The translations under genes and the position numbers were made by a program. A DNA stretch of 64,000 bases from an uncultured Methylomirabilota bacterium (GTDB lineage Bacteria; Methylomirabilota; Methylomirabilia; Methylomirabilales; 2-02-FULL-66-22), in the NCBI GenBank assembly GCA_963705305.1, contig OY970067.1, forward strand, positions 5,024,001 to 5,088,000, written 5' to 3'. Of the stretch, positions 56,661-64,000 are shown piece by piece. The notes under the pieces were generated by a model. That model worked only from the letters and a program-made list of their open reading frames with translations. It had not been told where the DNA came from and did no database searches. Every line of letters begins with the position of its first letter. The first letter of the stretch is position 1.

Positions 56661-59600
56661 TCAGCGCAGGGTGAGGCACCCCGCGCCGAACTCCGCCTCC
56701 AGCGCCTGGCGCAGGTTGTCATCGGCCGCCACCGTGAGGGTGGAAGCCGGCGCGATGGTGACCTGCCCGCCCTCGGGCAGCCGGAGGCGCACCCGGAGCG
56801 CCGCCTCGCCGGGGTGGGCCTGGAGGAGCTCCCGCAGGCGTCGGAGGCCGTCGGAGCTCGCCGCCGTCCCCGCCAGGGTGACCTCCACCAGCGGCGGGCT
56901 GCCGTTGCCCGACAGGCTCAGCGGCCGGACCTCGCTCAGCAACAGCTTCACGGTCTCTTCGGACACGTCCACCTGTCCTTTCACCAGGACGGCGGAGTCC
57001 TTGGCCAGATTGAGCATGCTGGACCGGTACACGTCCGGAAAGACCACCGCCTCCACTGACCCCACCAGGTCCTCCAGCGTGACGAAGGCCATCCGCTCCC
57101 CGCTCTTGGTGCTGATCTCCTTGACCGCGGTGACGATGCCCGCCAGCTTTACCGTGGACTTGTCCGCCAGGGACGGCAGATCCTCCGTCGAGGCCGTGGC
57201 CAGCCGGGCGATCTGCGCCCGGTGCTCGGCCAGGGGGTGGCCCGTGATGTAGAACCCCAGCGTCTCCTTCTCCGCCGCCAAAAGCTGCATGCGCTCCCAC
57301 TCCGGCAGCTCCGGCAGGGTCCCGCCCTGGGGCGCGGCTGTCTCGCCCGCCCCCAGCATGTCCAGCAGCGAGACCTGCCCGCGGGCCCGGTCCCGCTGCG
57401 TCGAGGCGGCCGCCTCCATGGCCTTGTCGACCACGGCCATGAGCTGGGACCGCCGCGCCCCCAGCGAGTCGAAGGTGCCGCACTTGATGAGGCTCTCCAC
57501 TACCCGCTTGTTGACCAGGCGCAGATCCACGCGCTGGCAGAAGTCGAAGAGATCGCGGTAGCGGCCCTGGTCCCGCCGCGACGCCAGGATGGACTGGATG
57601 GCCGCCTCTCCCACATTCTTGACCGCCACCAGACCGAAGCGGATCTTGTCCCCCACCACGGCAAAGTCGCTGCTGGACTCGTTGACGTCCGGCGGCAGCA
57701 CCTCGATCCCCATGGCCCGGCACTCTTCGATGTACTTCACGATCTTGTCCGTGTCGGCCATCTCCGAGGTGAGGAGGGCGGCCATGAACTCGACCGGGTA
57801 GTTAGCCTTGAGGTATGCGGTCTGGTAGGCGATGAAGGCGTAGGCCGCCGAGTGGGACTTGTTGAAGCCGTACCCCGCGAACTGCTCCATGAAGCCGAAG
57901 ATCCGCTCCGCCTTCTTCTCCGGTACCCCACGGGCCATCGCCCCGTCCACGAACTTCTTCCGCTGCTCGGCCATCAGCTCGGGGTTTTTCTTGCCCATGG
58001 CCCGCCGCAGGATGTCCGCCTCGCCCATGCTGAAGCCGGCCAGCTCCGAGGCGATCCGCATCACCTGCTCCTGGTAGACCATGATGCCGTACGTCTCTTT
58101 CAGGATGCTCTCCATCAGCGGGTGGTCGTAGACCACCTTAGTCCGGCCGTGCTTGCGCTCGATGAAATCCGGGATGAGCTGCATGGGGCCCGGCCGGTAG
58201 AGGGCCACCAGGGCGATGATGTCCTCGATCAGGCTGGGGCGGAGCTGGCGCAGCAGGTCCCGCATCCCCGAGGATTCGAACTGGAACACGCCGAAGGTCT
58301 TGGCCTCCCCCAGAAGCTGATAGGTGGCGGGATCGTCCTGCGGGATGGTCTCGATCTCCAGGCTGACGCCGCGGCTCTCCTTGATCAGCCGGAGGGTGTT
58401 GGCGATGACCGTCAGGGTGCGGAGCCCGAGGAAGTCCATCTTGAGGAGGCCGATCTTCTCGATGGCCCCCATGGCGTACTGGGTCGTGATTTCGCCCTTG
58501 GCCCCCTTGTACAGCGGGACGTGCTCGATCAGGGGCTCGCTGGAGATCACCACCCCGGCTGCATGGGTCGAGGCGTGGCGCGTCAGCCCCTCCAGGACCC
58601 GGGCCGTCTCTATCAGCTCCGTGATCTCGGGCCGCTTCTCCACCGCCTGGCGCAGGGGGGCCGAGTCCTTCAGCGCGTCGTCCAGGGTGATGTTCAGGGT
58701 GTTGGGCACCATCTTGGCGATCTTGTCCACATCGGCGTAGGTCATGCCCATGGCCCGGCCCACGTCCCGGATGACCGCCTTGGCGCCCAGGGTCCCGAAG
58801 GTGATGATCTGGGAGACGTTCTCCGCCCCGTACTTCCGGGTGACGTACTCGATGACCTCGTCCCGGCGCTCGTAGCAGAAATCGATGTCCATGTCCGGCA
58901 TGCTGATGCGCTCGGGATTCAGGAAGCGCTCGAACAGCAGGCCGTAGCGCAGGGGGTCGATGCTGGTGATGCCCAGACAGTAGGCCACCAGCGAGCCCGC
59001 GGCCGACCCCCGCCCGGGGCCCACGGGAATTCCCCGCGAGCGGGCGTAGCTGATGAAGTCCCAGACCACCAGGAAGTAGCCGGCGAAGCCCATCTTGGCA
59101 ATGACCGCCAGCTCGCCCTCCAGCCGCTCCAACACCGCTTTCCCCGGGCTGCTGTACCGCTTGCGCAGCCCGGCCTCGGCCAACTCCCGCAGGTAGGAGT
59201 CCAGCGTGTGCCCCTCGGGCACCGCATACCGGGGCAGCCGGAACTGCCCGAACTTCAACTCCAGGTTGCAGCGCTCGGCGATGGCGATGGTGTTCTGCAG
59301 GGCCTCCGGGACCTCGCCGAAGACCTCCTGCATTTCCGCCGGGGACTTGAAGTAGAACTGCTGGGAGCTGAACTGCCAGCGGTCCGGATCCTTGAGGGTC
59401 TTGCCGGTCTGGACGCAGAGCAGGACCTCGTGGGCCTTGTGGTCCCCGGCGTTCAGGTAGTGGACGTCGTTGGTGGCCACCACCGGGATGCCCAGCCGCT
59501 TGGCCAGGGGCAGGACGCCCCGGGTCATGGTGCGCTGGTCCTCCAGGCCGTGGTCCTGGATCTCCAGGTAGTAGTTCTCCTTCCCCACCGCGTCCATGTA

Positions 59601-60095
59601 GAAGGCGGCGATCTGGGCGGCCCTGGCCTCGTCCTTGTCCACCAGCGCGTGCCCCAGCTCGCTGTTCAGGCAGCCGGAGAGCACCACCAGTCCCTCGCCG
59701 TGCTGGGCGAACAGCTCGCGGTCGATGCGGGGCTTGTAGTAGAACCCTTCCAGGAAGCCGGCGGTGGCCAGCTTGATCAGGTTCTTGTAGCCGGTCGCGT
59801 CCCGGCACAGGAGGGTGAGGTGGTTGGCCCCCTCGTACTGGCCGTCCTGCGGCGTCCGCTCGAAGCGGCTGCCCGGAGCGATGTAGACCTCGCAGCCGAC
59901 GATGGGCTTGATCCCCTCTTTCATCGCCGCGGTGTAGAAATCGATGGCGCCGAACAGGTTCCCGTGGTCGGTCATGGCCAGGGCCGGCATCCGGTACTCT
60001 TTGGCCTTGGCGATCAGCCGATCCAGCTGGCACGCCCCGTCCAGAAGGGAGTACTGGGTGTGCAGATGCAGGTGAACGAATTCCGCACGCGACAT
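56661..60095 (-). CDS. dnaE: DNA polymerase III alpha subunit
   Basis: HLHLHTQYSLLDG, GRGSAAGS, MPDMDIDF, KMDFLGL, FNKSH. Confidence 0.97.
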   Translation of the reverse strand: MSRAEFVHLHLHTQYSLLDGACQLDRLIAKAKEYRMPALAMTDHGNLFGAIDFYTAAMKEGIKPIVGCEVYIAPGSRFERTPQDGQYEGANHLTLLCRDATGYKNLIKLATAGFLEGFYYKPRIDRELFAQHGEGLVVLSGCLNSELGHALVDKDEARAAQIAAFYMDAVGKENYYLEIQDHGLEDQRTMTRGVLPLAKRLGIPVVATNDVHYLNAGDHKAHEVLLCVQTGKTLKDPDRWQFSSQQFYFKSPAEMQEVFGEVPEALQNTIAIAERCNLELKFGQFRLPRYAVPEGHTLDSYLRELAEAGLRKRYSSPGKAVLERLEGELAVIAKMGFAGYFLVVWDFISYARSRGIPVGPGRGSAAGSLVAYCLGITSIDPLRYGLLFERFLNPERISMPDMDIDFCYERRDEVIEYVTRKYGAENVSQIITFGTLGAKAVIRDVGRAMGMTYADVDKIAKMVPNTLNITLDDALKDSAPLRQAVEKRPEITELIETARVLEGLTRHASTHAAGVVISSEPLIEHVPLYKGAKGEITTQYAMGAIEKIGLLKMDFLGLRTLTVIANTLRLIKESRGVSLEIETIPQDDPATYQLLGEAKTFGVFQFESSGMRDLLRQLRPSLIEDIIALVALYRPGPMQLIPDFIERKHGRTKVVYDHPLMESILKETYGIMVYQEQVMRIASELAGFSMGEADILRRAMGKKNPELMAEQRKKFVDGAMARGVPEKKAERIFGFMEQFAGYGFNKSHSAAYAFIAYQTAYLKANYPVEFMAALLTSEMADTDKIVKYIEECRAMGIEVLPPDVNESSSDFAVVGDKIRFGLVAVKNVGEAAIQSILASRRDQGRYRDLFDFCQRVDLRLVNKRVVESLIKCGTFDSLGARRSQLMAVVDKAMEAAASTQRDRARGQVSLLDMLGAGETAAPQGGTLPELPEWERMQLLAAEKETLGFYITGHPLAEHRAQIARLATASTEDLPSLADKSTVKLAGIVTAVKEISTKSGERMAFVTLEDLVGSVEAVVFPDVYRSSMLNLAKDSAVLVKGQVDVSEETVKLLLSEVRPLSLSGNGSPPLVEVTLAGTAASSDGLRRLRELLQAHPGEAALRVRLRLPEGGQVTIAPASTLTVAADDNLRQALEAEFGAGCLTLR

Positions 60096-60102
60096 GACTG
60101 TC

Positions 60103-60232
60103 TAGCCCTCAGCCCTCAGCGGTCAGCCGTCAGCCCCCTGTCCTTCCGCCGTCCGTCCTCTTCCCTTCGCCCTTGGCCCTGTGCCCTCTGCCCTGTGCGT
60201 ACTGCCTACTGCCTTCTGCTTACTGCCTACCC
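60103..60232. repeat. Degenerate heptamer tandem repeats between guaA and dnaE
   Basis: TCAGCCC/TCAGCGG/TCAGCCG, then TGCCCTC, TGCCCTG, TGCGTAC, TGCCTAC, TGCCTTC, TGCTTAC, TGCCTAC. Confidence 0.7.
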
Positions 60233-60289
60233 TGCTCTGACCTGTCGCGAACCGCCGCACCGCAAACCGCAGCACGACGGCGCCGCCAC

Positions 60290-61831
60290 TCACTCCCACT
60301 CGATGGTGCTGGGGGGCTTGCTGCTCACGTCGTAGACGACGCGGTTGACCCCCTTCACCTCGTTGGCGATGCGGCTGCTGATGACGGCCAGCACGTCGTA
60401 GGGCAGGCGCACCCAGTCGGCCGTCATCCCGTCCTGGCTGTGCACGGCCCGCAGGGCGACGACGTGCTCGTAGGTCCGCTCGTCTCCCATGACGCCGACC
60501 GTCCGGATGGGCAGCAGGACGGCGAAGGCCTGCCAGATGTCCCGGTACAGGCCGGCCTTGCGGATCTCCTCCTCCACGATCACGTCGGCCTTCCGCAAGA
60601 GGTCCAGCCGCTCGCGGGTGATGTCGCCGATGCAGCGCACCGCCAGGCCGGGCCCGGGGAAGGGCTGGCGCCACAGGATCGTGTCGGGCAGGCCCAGCTC
60701 CCGCCCCACCTCCCGCACCTCGTCCTTGAACAGCTCGCGCAGGGGCTCCACCAGCCGGAAGCCCATCTTCTCGGGGAGACCGCCCACGTTGTGGTGCGTC
60801 TTGATGGTGACGGAGGGCCCTTTCACCGACACGCTCTCGATCACGTCGGGATACAGGGTCCCCTGCACCAGATGCCCGATTGTGCCCAGGCGGCCGGCCT
60901 CCTCCTCGAAGACGGCGATGAACTCGGCCCCGATGATCTTCCGCTTGCGCTCGGGGTCCTCCACGCGGGCCAGGCGGGCCAGGAAACGGTCGCCGGCATC
61001 CACGGCCACGAGGTTCAGCCCCAGGTGGGTCCCAAAGGTGTCCACCACCTGGGCCGCCTCGTCCATGCGCAGCAGGCCGTTGTCCACGAAGACGCAGGTC
61101 AGCCGGTCCCCGACGGCCCGGTGGGCCAGCAGGGCGGCCACCGACGAGTCCACCCCCCCGCTCAGGGCGCAGAGGGCGCGGCCGGTCCCCACCTGCTGCC
61201 GGATGCGCTCCACGCTGCTGGCCACGAACGAGCGCATGGTCCAGTCCGCGCGGCAGCCGGCGACGCGAAACAGGAAGTTGGCCAGGATGGTCTTGCCCTG
61301 CGGGGTGTGCACGACCTCGGGGTGGAACTGGACGGCGAAGAAGGGCCTCTCCCGGTGGCGGAAGGCCGCGTAGGGCGAGTTGTCGGTGTGCGCCAGCACC
61401 TGGAACACACCGGGCAGAGCGGCCACCTTGTCGCCGTGGCTCATCCACACGGGGAGCCCTCGCGGCAGATCGGCGAACAGATTCTCCGCCGAGTCCACCA
61501 CCAGATCCGCCGGCCCGTACTCCCGGCGCGCCGCTCGCAACACCTCCCCCCCGCAGAAGTCCGTCAGGACGCAGAGCCCGTAGCAGATGCCCAGGATCGG
61601 CAGCCCCAGATCCAGGATCCCCGGGTCGGGGCGGGGGGCGTTCGGCTGGTAGATGCTGGCCGGGCTCCCCGACAGGATCAGCGCCGTGGGCTGGAAGGCC
61701 CGGATGTCTGGCAGCGGCATGTCAAAGGGGTGAATCTCGGAATAGACGTGGAGCTCGCGCACTCGCCGGGCGATCAGCTGCGTGTACTGCGAGCCGAAAT
61801 CCAGGATGAGGATTTTATCCATGGCCGACAA
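60290..61831 (-). CDS. guaA: GMP synthase (glutamine-hydrolysing)
   Basis: [39 protein letters not shown]. Confidence 0.97.
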   Translation of the reverse strand: MSAMDKILILDFGSQYTQLIARRVRELHVYSEIHPFDMPLPDIRAFQPTALILSGSPASIYQPNAPRPDPGILDLGLPILGICYGLCVLTDFCGGEVLRAARREYGPADLVVDSAENLFADLPRGLPVWMSHGDKVAALPGVFQVLAHTDNSPYAAFRHRERPFFAVQFHPEVVHTPQGKTILANFLFRVAGCRADWTMRSFVASSVERIRQQVGTGRALCALSGGVDSSVAALLAHRAVGDRLTCVFVDNGLLRMDEAAQVVDTFGTHLGLNLVAVDAGDRFLARLARVEDPERKRKIIGAEFIAVFEEEAGRLGTIGHLVQGTLYPDVIESVSVKGPSVTIKTHHNVGGLPEKMGFRLVEPLRELFKDEVREVGRELGLPDTILWRQPFPGPGLAVRCIGDITRERLDLLRKADVIVEEEIRKAGLYRDIWQAFAVLLPIRTVGVMGDERTYEHVVALRAVHSQDGMTADWVRLPYDVLAVISSRIANEVKGVNRVVYDVSSKPPSTIEWE

Positions 61832-62136
61832 CCCACTCTATTGAGCATTGCCTAGAGGATGCACTGTCCGAATGGTGGTCGGGCTGGGCCGGCGCACCCT
61901 GTCGACGCCTGGCGCCTCGTCGAAGACTGCCCGGCCTTGCTCCGGCGCCACCGGCCCTCCGGGCCGCGTCGCGCCGCGGGACGTACACCCATAAGGCCTT
62001 ATGGTTCCTGCTAGGCCGCGGCGACCGAACCCGGCCGGGCCGCGGGCGCGGCGCTCCATGATACGCCGGCCCAGCCCCAATCGGTCGATAGCATTACTTC
62101 TGCGAGATTCAATAATGCGGACGCCCCTCACGCCGG

Positions 62137-63612
<1,476 letters not shown>

Positions 63613-63672
63613 TGCCTCTCCCTCGCTCGCGGCCCCTGCGGGCCGTGTGTGCTCGGCCACCCCGTGAATCCC

Positions 63673-64000
63673 TCAGAGTCCCATCGCCGTCTTGGCCTCT
63701 GCCAGGGTCTCGCCGGCAACCTTGCGCGCCCGCTCGGTCCCCTCCTCCAGGATGTCCAGAACCGTGGCGGGGTTGCCGGCCAGCTCTGCCCGCCGCTCGG
63801 CGACCGGCTGCAGGATGGGCAGGGCGTGCTTCAGCAGGATCTGCTTGCAGTCCAGGCAGCCGATCCCGGCCGTGGTGCAGCCGGGGACGATGACGCCCTC
63901 CCGCTCGGCCTGAGGCGTGAACACCCGGTGTAGGTCGTATACGGGACACACCTCGGGATTGCCGGGATCGGTCCGGCGCTTGCGCGCCGGGTCGGTGACC
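63673..64000 (-). CDS. trpS: Tryptophanyl-tRNA synthetase, C-terminal part (5' end outside window)
   Basis: VTDPARKRRTDPGNPEVCPVYDLH...CTTAGIGCLDCK...GTERAR. Confidence 0.85.
   Translation of the reverse strand, partial: VTDPARKRRTDPGNPEVCPVYDLHRVFTPQAEREGVIVPGCTTAGIGCLDCKQILLKHALPILQPVAERRAELAGNPATVLDILEEGTERARKVAGETLAEAKTAMGL

Noticed and set aside
56661..60095. Intein or split in dnaE
   Set aside because: Normal length (1144 aa) with continuous motifs

Overview
GC-rich bacterial chromosomal window, densely coding and mostly on the minus strand. The taxon cannot be fixed from sequence alone, but the context does not look actinobacterial (possibly Methylomirabilota/NC10-like). Contents: a glyoxylate cluster (IclR-gcl-aminotransferase); a UPF0182 membrane protein; a MoaD-MoaE fusion; a degenerate nuclease-TPR protein behind an AT-rich intergenic region; pepA; a complete Pup-proteasome locus (pup, FmdB-like, arc, dop, prcB, prcA, pafA) followed by ferritin; a GT4-PTPS-PTPS-folE pterin operon; tRNA-Gly(CCC); an arsenic cassette; mgsA; a DASS transporter; an intact IS1380-family element; pgm-ackA; and the housekeeping block trpS-guaB-guaA-dnaE-accA. 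Four signals stand out. (1) An ECF sigma factor is coupled to a fusion of zinc anti-sigma, O6-methylguanine methyltransferase and Ada-type Zn domains, with a duplicated ECF-like promoter motif; this is a candidate alkylation-sensing sigma switch. (2) A 523-bp tract is identical between dop and pafA. (3) A UGA-in-CxxC selenoprotein candidate with a SECIS-like hairpin lies between pup and arc. (4) A MITE-like family has ends that coincide with stop codons. Two apparent 1-nt frameshifts (arc, arsR) may be sequencing errors.
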